A stretch of 64,000 nt of DNA. Origin: Gemmatimonadales bacterium. Its GTDB lineage: Bacteria; Gemmatimonadota; Gemmatimonadetes; Gemmatimonadales; GWC2-71-9. Where the stretch lies: the NCBI GenBank assembly GCA_038250675.1, contig JBBSCB010000008.1:34740-98739 (forward strand), written 5' to 3'. Shown in pieces: positions 31,098 through 41,749 of this stretch. The position numbers and the translations under genes were made by a program. The notes under the pieces were generated by a model that saw nothing but the letters and a program-made list of their open reading frames with translations, had not been told where the DNA came from and did no database searches. Each line of letters opens with the position of its first letter. The first letter of the stretch is position 1.

Positions 31098-31937
31098 CTA
31101 GAGCGCCGCGAGTTCCGCGCCGCAGCGTTCGCAGTACCATTCCGTGGGCCGGTTGAGCGTCCCGCATTCGCCGCACTTGAGCGTCTTGGCCTGGACCGGT
31201 GCCGCCGCCTTGGCCGCGGCCGCTGCCGCAGCCGGCGGCGATGCCACTTCGGTTTGTGCCGCGTGCCCGCCCGACTGGCGCGGCCGGATCCCCGTGTCGC
31301 CACCGGTCACCGACTTGAGGAACGCCAGCTCATCGCCGGGAGGGCCGCCGGCTGCGGCGGTGGCCGGCGCCGCCGGGGGAACGAAGCGGGGCGCCTCGGG
31401 CGGGGCCGCCAGCTCAGGCGACGCGACTTCCGCCACCGGCTCCGGCTCGGAGGGTGCGGGTTCGGGCTCGGGTTCCGGCTCCAGCACCTCCTCAGCCGGT
31501 GGCGCGCTGATCACGCCCTGCACCTCGGCCAACCGGGTGATCTCGGCGCGCACCTGCAGCAGCTCCTCCCGGATCTCGTTCAGCACCCGGTTCGACTCGT
31601 CGCTGATTTCCTGCCAGCGCGACTCCTCGAATTCCCCGACCGCGTGGCGAACCTCGGCCTCGGCGATCCGCTCCTGCGCCTCCGATTCCCGCCCCTGCAA
31701 CTCCGATTCCGCCGTGCGGAACCGCTCGAGGTCGGCGTTCACCGTGTCGATATGGGTCCGCAGCTCATCCATGACCGCCTGGAGCCGTGCCTCGTAGTCG
31801 GTGCGCACGCGCTGGCGCACAGCATCGGGGGCGCTGCTGCCGGCCTCGGAGAGCCGTGCGAGCCACTGCTCGTACTGGTTCCGCTCCTGCAGGAGCTTTT
31901 CGATGGCGGATCCGGACTCTGCGGTGGGCTTGACCAT
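31098..31937 (-). CDS. Hypothetical coiled-coil protein with Pro/Glu/Ala-rich linker and C-terminal zinc ribbon
   Basis: ORF trimmed to ATG 31937. About 140 aa of heptad-like helix (EKLLQERNQYEQWLARL...), EPEPEPEPAPSEPEP linker, and C-terminal CGECGTLNRPTEWYCERCGAEL (CxxC-N10-CxxC). Confidence 0.6.
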   Translation of the reverse strand: MVKPTAESGSAIEKLLQERNQYEQWLARLSEAGSSAPDAVRQRVRTDYEARLQAVMDELRTHIDTVNADLERFRTAESELQGRESEAQERIAEAEVRHAVGEFEESRWQEISDESNRVLNEIREELLQVRAEITRLAEVQGVISAPPAEEVLEPEPEPEPAPSEPEPVAEVASPELAAPPEAPRFVPPAAPATAAAGGPPGDELAFLKSVTGGDTGIRPRQSGGHAAQTEVASPPAAAAAAAKAAAPVQAKTLKCGECGTLNRPTEWYCERCGAELAAL

Positions 31938-32099
31938 TGAGGGACCTTTCACTCGACGGCGGCGGCGGTGGACTCCGTTCCAATGTAACGCGTCTCTGCC
32001 AACTGCAACACACACACGCGGAGACGGGACGCGACGGACATTGCAGCGCGGCCGCGCGGCGGCGGCTGGCATGTCAAAGGGCGGAGCGGAGATCCCGGC

Positions 32100-33386
32100 T
32101 CAGCTGAGCTGGAAGACGATCTCTCCCCGAACGATGGTCGTCTCCGTCCGACCCCGCAACCGCCGTCCGGCAAACGGCGTGTTGCGGCTCTTGGAGTAGA
32201 AAGCCTCGGGGCGGACCTCCCATTCGACGGTGGGATCGAACACCACCACATCGCCCGGCGCGCCGACCGCAAGCGTACCGCCCGGCAGGCTGAAGATCCG
32301 CGCGGGCGTGGTGCTCATCCGGTCGACGAGCTCGGGGAGCGTGAGCACGCCGCCGTCCACCAGCTCAGTGATGGCGAGGCCGAGCGCAGTCTCGAGGCCG
32401 ATGATCCCGTTGGGCGCGTCGTCGAACTCCCGCTCCTTGGCGTCGTAATGGTGCGGCGCGTGATCGGTGGCGATCACGTCGATCGTCCCGTCCTTCAGTC
32501 CCTGGCGGATCGCCTCGCGATCGGCCGCTTCGCGGAGCGGCGGGTTCATCTTGGCGTTGGTGTCGTAGCCTGCACACCGCTCGTGGGTCAGCGAGAAGTG
32601 ATGGGGGCATGCCTCCGCCGTCACCCGCAGTCCTTGCGCCTTGGCGCGGCGGATCAGCTCCACCGAGCCGCGGGTGGACATATGGCAGAGGTGCACGTGG
32701 CCGCCGGTGAGCTCCGCGAGAATGATGTCACGCGCCACCATGATCTCTTCCGCCGCCGCCGGAATTCCCTTGAGCCCCAGCCGGGTGGAGACCAGGCCTT
32801 CGTGCATGGCGCCGCCCGCAGCCAGCGTCGGATCCTCGCAATGGTCCGCCACCGGGATGCCGAACGTGCGCGCATATTCGAGCGCCGTGCGCATCAGGTG
32901 ACTCGAGACCACCGGCTTGCCGTCGTCACTCACGGCGACAGCCCCGGCACCCACCAGCTCGCCGAACTCCGCCAGCTGCTGTCCCTTCTGGCCCAGTGAC
33001 ACCGCGCCGATCGGATAGACCCGCGCGCGAGCCGCGCGCTGCGCCTGGCTCACGATGAAGCCCACCGCCGCCTGGTTGTCGGTGACCGGATCGGTGTTTG
33101 GCATGGCGCAGACAGCGGAGAACCCGCCGGCCGCGGCGGCCATCGCGCCGGACGCCACGGTCTCGACGTCTTCCTGGCCCGGCTCGCGGAGATGGACGTG
33201 CAGGTCCACCAGTCCCGGCGCCACCACCTTGCCGGCGGCTTCGATCACCGTGACGCCATCGCCGGCCGGAATGTTGCGGCCCACCGCCTCGATCCGTCCA
33301 CCGGAGACGAGCACATCGGCCACGCCGTCACCGCCGCGCGAGGGGTCGATCACCCGGCCACCGCGAATGAGGATCGGATGGCTCAT
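32100..33386 (-). CDS. pyrC: Dihydroorotase
   Basis: 428 aa. [13 protein letters not shown], and amidohydrolase metal ligands collinear with PyrC. Confidence 0.9.
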   Translation of the reverse strand: MSHPILIRGGRVIDPSRGGDGVADVLVSGGRIEAVGRNIPAGDGVTVIEAAGKVVAPGLVDLHVHLREPGQEDVETVASGAMAAAAGGFSAVCAMPNTDPVTDNQAAVGFIVSQAQRAARARVYPIGAVSLGQKGQQLAEFGELVGAGAVAVSDDGKPVVSSHLMRTALEYARTFGIPVADHCEDPTLAAGGAMHEGLVSTRLGLKGIPAAAEEIMVARDIILAELTGGHVHLCHMSTRGSVELIRRAKAQGLRVTAEACPHHFSLTHERCAGYDTNAKMNPPLREAADREAIRQGLKDGTIDVIATDHAPHHYDAKEREFDDAPNGIIGLETALGLAITELVDGGVLTLPELVDRMSTTPARIFSLPGGTLAVGAPGDVVVFDPTVEWEVRPEAFYSKSRNTPFAGRRLRGRTETTIVRGEIVFQLS

Positions 33387-34339
33387 CGCTCGTCTCCTGC
33401 CGCCGTCTGGTCCGGGCCGGGCGCGCCCCCAGCCAGCAGATAGAGCACCGCCATGCGCACGGCGATGCCGTTGGTGACCTGGGGAAGAATGACGCTGTGC
33501 GGGCCGTCGGCCACGTCGCTGTCGATCTCGACGCCGCGGTTCATCGGACCCGGATGCAGGATGAGGAGCTCCTGCGGTGCGCGCGCCAGCCGCTCGCTGG
33601 TGACGCCGAAGACCCGGTTGTACTCCCGCAGCGACGGGATGAAGCCCGCCGTCATCCGCTCGAGCTGCAAGCGGAGAACATTGAGCGCGTCAGCCCACGC
33701 GATCGCGTCCTCGATGCGCGGCAGAACGGTGACGCCCATCTCCCGGATGTCCCGCGGGAGCAGCGTCGCGGGCCCGCACACGGCAACCTCGGCGCCCAGC
33801 TTGGTCAGGCCCCAGATGTTGCTCCGGGCCACCCGGCTGTGCAGGACGTCGCCGCAGATGGCCACCTTGAGTCCGGCGATTCGGCCAAAGCGGTCGCGCA
33901 GCGTGAGCAGATCGAGCAGGGCCTGGGTCGGGTGCTCGTGCTTGCCGTCACCCGCGTTGATGACGTTCGATGCGATGCGCTGGCCGAGGAACTGCGCAGC
34001 CCCCGAGGAGCCGTGGCGAATGACGACCATGTCGATCCGCATCGCCTCGAGGTTGCGCGCGGTATCGACGAGCGTCTCGCCCTTGGACACCGACGAGCCG
34101 GACGCCGCCACGTTCACGGTGTCGGCGCTGAGTCGCTTTTCGGCGAACTCGAACGAGATGCGGGTGCGAGTGCTGGCTTCGAAGAAGAGATTGACGATGG
34201 TCTTGCCGCGGAGCGCCGGGACCTTCTTGATGGCGCGTTCGCTCACTTCCTTGAAGGGCTCGGCGGTGTCGAGGATGATGCGGATCTGCTCGGCGCTGAG
34301 CGGCTCGAGGCCTACCAGGTCCTTGCCGAGCGGCGCCAC
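33383..34339 (-). CDS. pyrB: Aspartate carbamoyltransferase catalytic subunit
   Basis: 318 aa. GTG start directly after the pyrR stop. [26 protein letters not shown]. Confidence 0.93.
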   Translation of the reverse strand: MAPLGKDLVGLEPLSAEQIRIILDTAEPFKEVSERAIKKVPALRGKTIVNLFFEASTRTRISFEFAEKRLSADTVNVAASGSSVSKGETLVDTARNLEAMRIDMVVIRHGSSGAAQFLGQRIASNVINAGDGKHEHPTQALLDLLTLRDRFGRIAGLKVAICGDVLHSRVARSNIWGLTKLGAEVAVCGPATLLPRDIREMGVTVLPRIEDAIAWADALNVLRLQLERMTAGFIPSLREYNRVFGVTSERLARAPQELLILHPGPMNRGVEIDSDVADGPHSVILPQVTNGIAVRMAVLYLLAGGAPGPDQTAAGDER

Positions 34340-34876
34340 TCAGCTGTCCCGCACGAGCTCGACCGCGTCGCGTCCGTCGAGCTCGGAGACGAAGACATCC
34401 ACCCGCTCGTCGGGTCCCACCGTCAGGGCCCGGCCGACGATGTCGGCCTGGATGGGCAGCTCCCGCCCGCCGCGGTCGATCAGCACGCAGAGGAGCACCC
34501 GCCGCGGTCGGCCAAAGTCGGCGCACTCGTCGAGCGCGGCGCGCACGGTGCGTCCGGTGTACAGCACGTCGTCCACGATGACCACGGTGCGCCCGTCGAG
34601 ATCAGGCAGCTGGGTCTCGCCCACGACGGGGCGCGGCCCGATGGTCTGAAGGTCGTCGCGATAGAGCGTGATGTCGAGCTTGCCGCAGGGGATATTGCCG
34701 TGTTCAACCCGGTCGATCAGCCGCTTGAGCCGGTAGGCCAGCTCGACGCCGCGGCGCTGGATGCCGATGAGCACCAGATCCTCGGTCCCGCGGCAGCGCT
34801 CCACGATCTCCGACGCCATCCGCGCGAGGGCGCGGGCGATGGCGGTATCGTCGAGGAGCGGGGCTCGGGTAGTCAT
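34340..34876 (-). CDS. pyrR: Bifunctional pyrimidine operon regulator / uracil phosphoribosyltransferase PyrR
   Basis: ORF trimmed to ATG 34876. PRPP loop VVIVDDVLYTGRTVRAAL. Position at the head of pyrB-pyrC. Confidence 0.88.
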   Translation of the reverse strand: MTTRAPLLDDTAIARALARMASEIVERCRGTEDLVLIGIQRRGVELAYRLKRLIDRVEHGNIPCGKLDITLYRDDLQTIGPRPVVGETQLPDLDGRTVVIVDDVLYTGRTVRAALDECADFGRPRRVLLCVLIDRGGRELPIQADIVGRALTVGPDERVDVFVSELDGRDAVELVRDS

Positions 34877-34935
34877 GTCGAGGCGAGAAGCTATCGTGGC
34901 GCGGGACGCAAAGCAACCTTGCCTGTCGCACGCGC

Positions 34936-34958
34936 AAACGGGCGACCCGAAGGTCGCT
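34936..34958 (-). terminator. UUCG-tetraloop hairpin between tRNA-Ser and pyrR
   Basis: Minus strand GCGACC-UUCG-GGUCGC followed by CCGUUUGCG. Likely ends the tRNA transcript. No PyrR-binding loop consensus seen. Confidence 0.4.
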
Positions 34959-34967
34959 CGCCGCGGA

Positions 34968-35054
34968 CGGACAGGGTGGGATTCGAACCCACGGTACCCT
35001 TTCAAGTACACACGCGTTCCAGGCGTGCGCCTTAAACCACTCGGCCACCTGTCC
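34968..35054 (-). tRNA. tRNA-Ser (anticodon GGA)
   Basis: 87 nt: GGACAGGTGGCCGAGTGG...CACGC-CTGGAAC-GCGTG, long variable arm, GTGGGTTCGAATCCCAC, CCTGTCCG. The cloverleaf folds by hand. CCA is not encoded. Confidence 0.92.
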
Positions 35055-35125
35055 AGATGCTGCTGCCGCCGGTCGCATGCCGGCGCGGCGGCAACTTACC
35101 GGCGACACCGCCGGGCCGGCAAGAG

Positions 35126-35452
35126 CTATTTGCCCGCCGCCGCCTGCCGCTGGGCGGTGAGCGCGGCCGGCTCGGGCTCGCCGCTCCGCTCACCGCCGGG
35201 CCCGAGCAGGCTGGCGACGCCGAGGCCCATGCCCGGCATCGTGTTGCGCCAGAGGACCGACCCGGTCACCGGATCGAGGCAGAACGTCTCGCCCATCGTC
35301 GCGGCGTAGATGCGCGCGCCATCGCCCACCAGACTGACGAACTGTCCGCCCTTGAGCCTGGTCCGCCAGCGCTGGATCCCGGTCGAGCGGTCGAGCGCGG
35401 CCACCGACCCCTTGAGTCCCACGTAGATCAGATCCCGCGGCATACCGGCCAT
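35126..35452 (-). CDS. Small PQQ-like/beta-propeller-repeat protein
   Basis: 108 aa. Two repeats of the form G.V.ALD..TG...W (GSVAALDRSTGIQRW; ETFCLDPVTGSVLW). This is too short for a full propeller. Confidence 0.5.
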   Translation of the reverse strand: MAGMPRDLIYVGLKGSVAALDRSTGIQRWRTRLKGGQFVSLVGDGARIYAATMGETFCLDPVTGSVLWRNTMPGMGLGVASLLGPGGERSGEPEPAALTAQRQAAAGK

Positions 35453-35703
35453 CAGACCTCCGCGCGGTGCGCGCCGGACGCCGCGCCCCGGCGCTGCCGA
35501 CGCTCCTGCCGACGCTCCTGCCGGAGGCCGGCGGCGCCGAAGGCGACCAGACCGGTGGCGAGGAAGAGCGCGCCGGCGGGTGCGGCCGGCGCCGGGCAGA
35601 CGCCGGTGGCCACGCAGTCGCCGGCGCCGCCGGTGCCGAACAGCGGCGCCTGTGGCGGAGGCATGGCCACCGCCGTTGCGAACAGAAGGTGATGCAGGAT
35701 CAT
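35452..35703 (-). CDS. Small secreted protein with tripartite C-terminal sorting-signal-like tail
   Basis: 83 aa. Signal MILHHLLFATAVAMPPPQA, short Cys-containing core GAGDCVATGVC, then PAPAAP + hydrophobic ALFLATGLVAFGAAGL + RQERRQERRQRR. The stop overlaps the next start (TGATG). Confidence 0.45.
   Translation of the reverse strand: MILHHLLFATAVAMPPPQAPLFGTGGAGDCVATGVCPAPAAPAGALFLATGLVAFGAAGLRQERRQERRQRRGAASGAHRAEV
35494..35523 (-). repeat. 12-nt tandem repeat (2.5 copies) encoding the RQER repeat
   Basis: Plus strand ctgccgacgctc ctgccgacgctc ctgccg, inside the 83-aa ORF. Confidence 0.9.
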
Positions 35704-35716
35704 GCGCGCCGTCCTT

Positions 35717-36337
35717 TCATTCCAGCGGTGTCACCGCGCGGTCGCAGAACCGGCAGACCTGGGCCCGCGCCAGAATCCGCTCCGCACAGTAGGGGCACTC
35801 GCGCTCCACCCGGCCCGCCGCCGGCAGCGGCTCGCCCGCGGGCACCATGCGCCGGTCTTCGTTGACCACGATCTGCGACTGCACCTGCCGGCGAAACTCC
35901 AGCGGCGCCGCGATCCGATCGAACGTCTCCCGGGTGCCGCCGGTGCCGACAATGGTAATGGTGCCGAAGCCCAGCATCCGGCCGGCGAGCGTCTGGTCCA
36001 CTCCGATCGCCTCAACCTTGGTGAGGAGCGTTTCCAGCGAGTCCCGCTGGATCACGCCACGCTTGACGATGACGCGCTTGTCGGTGACGGCATACTCCGA
36101 GGCCGACCGCCGAATTATCGGGCCGATGGCGAGAAGCCCGGCCAGCACGATCAGGCCAGCCGGCACGATCAGCTGCCAGATCGTATCGTCGGGGGGGACA
36201 TGAATGAGCTGCAGGCCAACGGCGGCGGCCACAGCCAGCACCGCGACGAGCAGGCTCCAGCGGAATATCACCCAGTGGAGGTGGGTCCGATGGACGACAT
36301 GCTCGCCGGGCAACAGGTGATCGCTGACATAACTCAT
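35717..36337 (-). CDS. Bacterial PH-domain (bPH_2/YdbT-like) membrane protein with C-terminal zinc ribbon
   Basis: ORF trimmed to ATG 36337. MSYVSDHLLPGEHVVHRTHLHWVIF, two TM helices, YAVTDKRVIVKRGVIQRD...GFGTITI, and C-terminal CPYCAERILARAQVCRFC. Confidence 0.65.
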   Translation of the reverse strand: MSYVSDHLLPGEHVVHRTHLHWVIFRWSLLVAVLAVAAAVGLQLIHVPPDDTIWQLIVPAGLIVLAGLLAIGPIIRRSASEYAVTDKRVIVKRGVIQRDSLETLLTKVEAIGVDQTLAGRMLGFGTITIVGTGGTRETFDRIAAPLEFRRQVQSQIVVNEDRRMVPAGEPLPAAGRVERECPYCAERILARAQVCRFCDRAVTPLE

Positions 36338-36392
36338 GGCTGGCCTTGGCTGGGGCGGCGGTGCGTCCCTCACACCCGGAGGCTAATCCCGG

Positions 36393-37616
36393 CTATCCGT
36401 CAGCCGCAACGGCTCGTGGCGCGCCGAGCCGGTGCCGGAGCCGAAGGGCCGGCGCTTCCAGCAGCCGCCAGCTCAGCACGGTAAGGAGCAGCGTGAGTCC
36501 GCCGGCCACCAGCAGAAACCCGATCGTCGCTTCACTCCACGAACCGAGCCGGCGGGCGAGTGCCGCGAGCGTGAAGCCGTCGGCCTGGAGCAGCAGAAAT
36601 ACGGGAAAGTGAATCACGTAGATCCCGTAGCTTCGCCGGCCCAGCCAGACCAGCAGGCGGCTGGAGGCGATGCGGCCGCCGATCGAATCGAGCCGCGCCC
36701 GCAGCGCCCACTCCAGCGCGGCGGCCGCCGCCAGGGACACAAGCGTGTAACCGATGACCTCGAGGGATCGACTGGCCAGAATATTGAGGGCGTGATCGCG
36801 CCAGACAAAGAAGCCGAGCAGCAGCAGCGCGGCGGCCCCGGCGGCGCGGAGCCAACGGAGGGACGACACGCGCGGCCCACGCGCGACGAGCGCGACGTAT
36901 GCGCCGAGGGCCAGACCATCGAGCCGGGTGGGCGTGAGCACATAGAGGGTGAGCGGGTCCACCCGTCCCGCGACCAGCATCATGCGCAGCAGTACCGCGG
37001 CCGCAACGGCGCCGAGGGTGAGCCGGATCAGCCGCTCGCGGGAACAGGCCAGAACCACGAAGGGCCAGATCAGGTAGAACTGCTCCTCGATGGCCAGCGA
37101 CCAGAAATGCTGCATGTACGGCGGGACCGAATGAATGTTGATCGCCATCCGCACATTCTGCAGGTAGAGAAAGAACCACCAGGCGGAGCCCCGCGCGGCG
37201 CTGCCGGCCTCCGCCGCCCCGCGGACGAGGTGCAGCGCAGGCAGCAGTGCAAAGCATACGATGAGTGCGGCAAAGTAGAGCGGGAAGATGCGGAGGACAC
37301 GCGCGAGGTAGAATCGGCGCAGGTATCCGTCGCGCTCCTTCGCGTCGTAGAGAATGCCGGTGATCAGGAAACCGGAGAGCACAAAGAACAGATCCACCCC
37401 GACCCAACCGCACCGGCCGAGGATCGCGATGTCGCGGGCGATGCGTCCGCCGCCTTGCATGGGGAGGTGATACAGCATGACGAGCAGAATCGCCACGCCG
37501 CGCAGGCCGTCGAGCGGGGCAACACGGGGGCGCTCGCCGGTCGACGGCGAAAGCGCTGTCGGCGGTCTGGTGAAGACTGGCGTTGCGGTCATTGCCACCG
37601 GCGCACTGCAACTCAT
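36393..37616 (-). CDS. Acyltransferase family 3 (OafA/YrhL-like) integral membrane protein
   Basis: ORF 36393..37724. Start uncertain (ATG 37616 or 37592). APLDGLRGVAILLVMLYH..., FFVLSGFLITGIL, WSLAIEEQFY, about 10 TM helices. Confidence 0.8.
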   Translation of the reverse strand: MSCSAPVAMTATPVFTRPPTALSPSTGERPRVAPLDGLRGVAILLVMLYHLPMQGGGRIARDIAILGRCGWVGVDLFFVLSGFLITGILYDAKERDGYLRRFYLARVLRIFPLYFAALIVCFALLPALHLVRGAAEAGSAARGSAWWFFLYLQNVRMAINIHSVPPYMQHFWSLAIEEQFYLIWPFVVLACSRERLIRLTLGAVAAAVLLRMMLVAGRVDPLTLYVLTPTRLDGLALGAYVALVARGPRVSSLRWLRAAGAAALLLLGFFVWRDHALNILASRSLEVIGYTLVSLAAAAALEWALRARLDSIGGRIASSRLLVWLGRRSYGIYVIHFPVFLLLQADGFTLAALARRLGSWSEATIGFLLVAGGLTLLLTVLSWRLLEAPALRLRHRLGAPRAVAADG

Positions 37617-37749
37617 GGGCCAGCGGCGGAGAGTGCTGACTGCATCCAGAAGCCGGCGCCGCACCGCGCTTCGGACACGTTTGCGGCCTGCACGCCACAC
37701 CGGCGCACACTGCTGCCGATGCACCTAGCCGCGAACCGATGGAGCTGGA

Positions 37750-37836
37750 CGGACAGGGTGGGATTCGAACCCACGATACCCTTGCGGGCATGCCGGTTTT
37801 CGAGACCGGTTCCTTCAACCACTCGGACACCTGTCC
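37750..37836 (-). tRNA. tRNA-Ser (anticodon CGA)
   Basis: 87 nt: GGACAGGTGTCCGAGTGG...CCGGT-CTCGAAA-ACCGG, long variable arm, GTGGGTTCGAATCCCAC, CCTGTCCG. The 3' 26 nt plus 3 flanking nt are identical to the other tRNA-Ser. Confidence 0.92.
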
Positions 37837-37861
37837 TCGGACACTTGTCCTTGGCGGGCGA

Positions 37862-37890
37862 AAAATAGAGGGAACCGGCGACCGGAACAA
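37862..37890 (-). promoter_or_regulatory. Putative promoter of tRNA-Ser(CGA)
   Basis: Minus strand TTGTTC (37890..37885), 17 nt, TATTTT (37867..37862), about 25 nt upstream of the tRNA 5' end. Confidence 0.4.
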
Positions 37891-37910
37891 GCGGCGTGGC
37901 ATCGGTCCGA

Positions 37911-40992
<3,082 letters not shown>

Positions 40993-41108
40993 CGTCCTGC
41001 CTCCTCGTTCGTTCGCCACGTCGGCGTTGTCATGCAGCGAAATCTTGAACCGGCCCGACCGCGAGGCAAGGCGCGGACCGCCAATCGCTGCCGGATTGGC
41101 CGCACGGC

Positions 41109-41144
41109 AAAGGCGGGCCGCCCCCACTGGGGACGGCCCGCCTT
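41109..41144 (-). terminator. Terminator hairpin after the 145-aa CTD-like gene
   Basis: Minus strand AAGGCGGGCCGTCCCC-AGT-GGGGGCGGCCCGCCTT followed by TG, 6 nt after the stop at 41150. Confidence 0.65.
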
Positions 41145-41149
41145 CACAC

Positions 41150-41587
41150 TCAACCGGAACTGGTGATACGTCGCTGCACGATCATCTTTCGGGTGTACTG
41201 TCTGCCATCCACAACCAGCCGCACCCAGTACACGCCCGTCGTCACTTCCCGCTCGCCATCCAGATATTTCCCGTCCCAGAAGGACTTGTACTCACCGCAC
41301 TTGATGCGGATGCGATCGAGCCGCTGGGGTACGGTGGCGGAAATCGACGGAATTCCGACGACTTCGGCCAGGACATTCAGTACCTCCAGCCGCACCAGCG
41401 GCCGATAGCCCTTCCTGCACACCTCCGGGTGGATTTCGAACGGTATCGTGGTCGACGGATAGAACGGATTGGGGTAGTTCTCCTTGAGTTCGACGGCCGG
41501 GACCGAGTCCCGCACCTGCGCCGCCGCCGGGGGGGCCACCCCCACCAACACTCCGAGCCACCACCCCGGCCACGTAAAGCGGACCAT
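41150..41587 (-). CDS. Small secreted protein consisting only of a T9SS-type C-terminal sorting (Por_Secre_tail / FlgD-Ig-like) domain
   Basis: ORF trimmed to ATG 41587 (GGAAGGAG RBS). Signal [24 protein letters not shown], then [19 protein letters not shown]...[11 protein letters not shown]...[34 protein letters not shown]. Confidence 0.6.
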   Translation of the reverse strand: MVRFTWPGWWLGVLVGVAPPAAAQVRDSVPAVELKENYPNPFYPSTTIPFEIHPEVCRKGYRPLVRLEVLNVLAEVVGIPSISATVPQRLDRIRIKCGEYKSFWDGKYLDGEREVTTGVYWVRLVVDGRQYTRKMIVQRRITSSG

Positions 41588-41749
41588 TGGGGCTCCTTCC
41601 GACGGAAGCGTTGAGGGGGTGGCACCTCCATGCAAGTAGTGTCGCAGCAACACTTACGCGTTCGACTTCAAGATGAGCCGGAGCCTACCGACCTGTCAAG
41701 CGACGTGAGCTCTTACCGCGCTACCGGACGGCCACTGCGCAGAGATGTT

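Noticed and set aside
34877-34967. PyrR-binding attenuator upstream of pyrR
   Set aside because: The leader lacks the ARUCCAGAGAGGYU binding-loop consensus. The single UUCG hairpin is better explained as the terminator of the upstream tRNA-Ser.
34968-37836. Genomic island integrated at tRNA-Ser (two tRNA-Ser genes sharing an identical 29-nt 3' end bracket 2.7 kb)
   Set aside because: There is no integrase, no partial-tRNA direct repeat (both are complete, different isoacceptors) and no visible GC or codon shift. The shared sequence is ordinary isoacceptor similarity. The gene content is still reported as a finding.
41080-41100. 7-bp inverted repeat GCCAATC-N7-GATTGGC upstream of clpB as a heat-shock operator
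   Set aside because: It does not match CIRCE or HAIR consensus sequences, and I found no clear sigma32-type promoter. It could be a regulator site, but the support is too weak to call.
41588-41749. tRNA-Sec (selC) or another small RNA next to selB
   Set aside because: A GTTCGACT string resembles a T-loop, but the flanking bases do not pair into a T-arm or acceptor stem on either strand.
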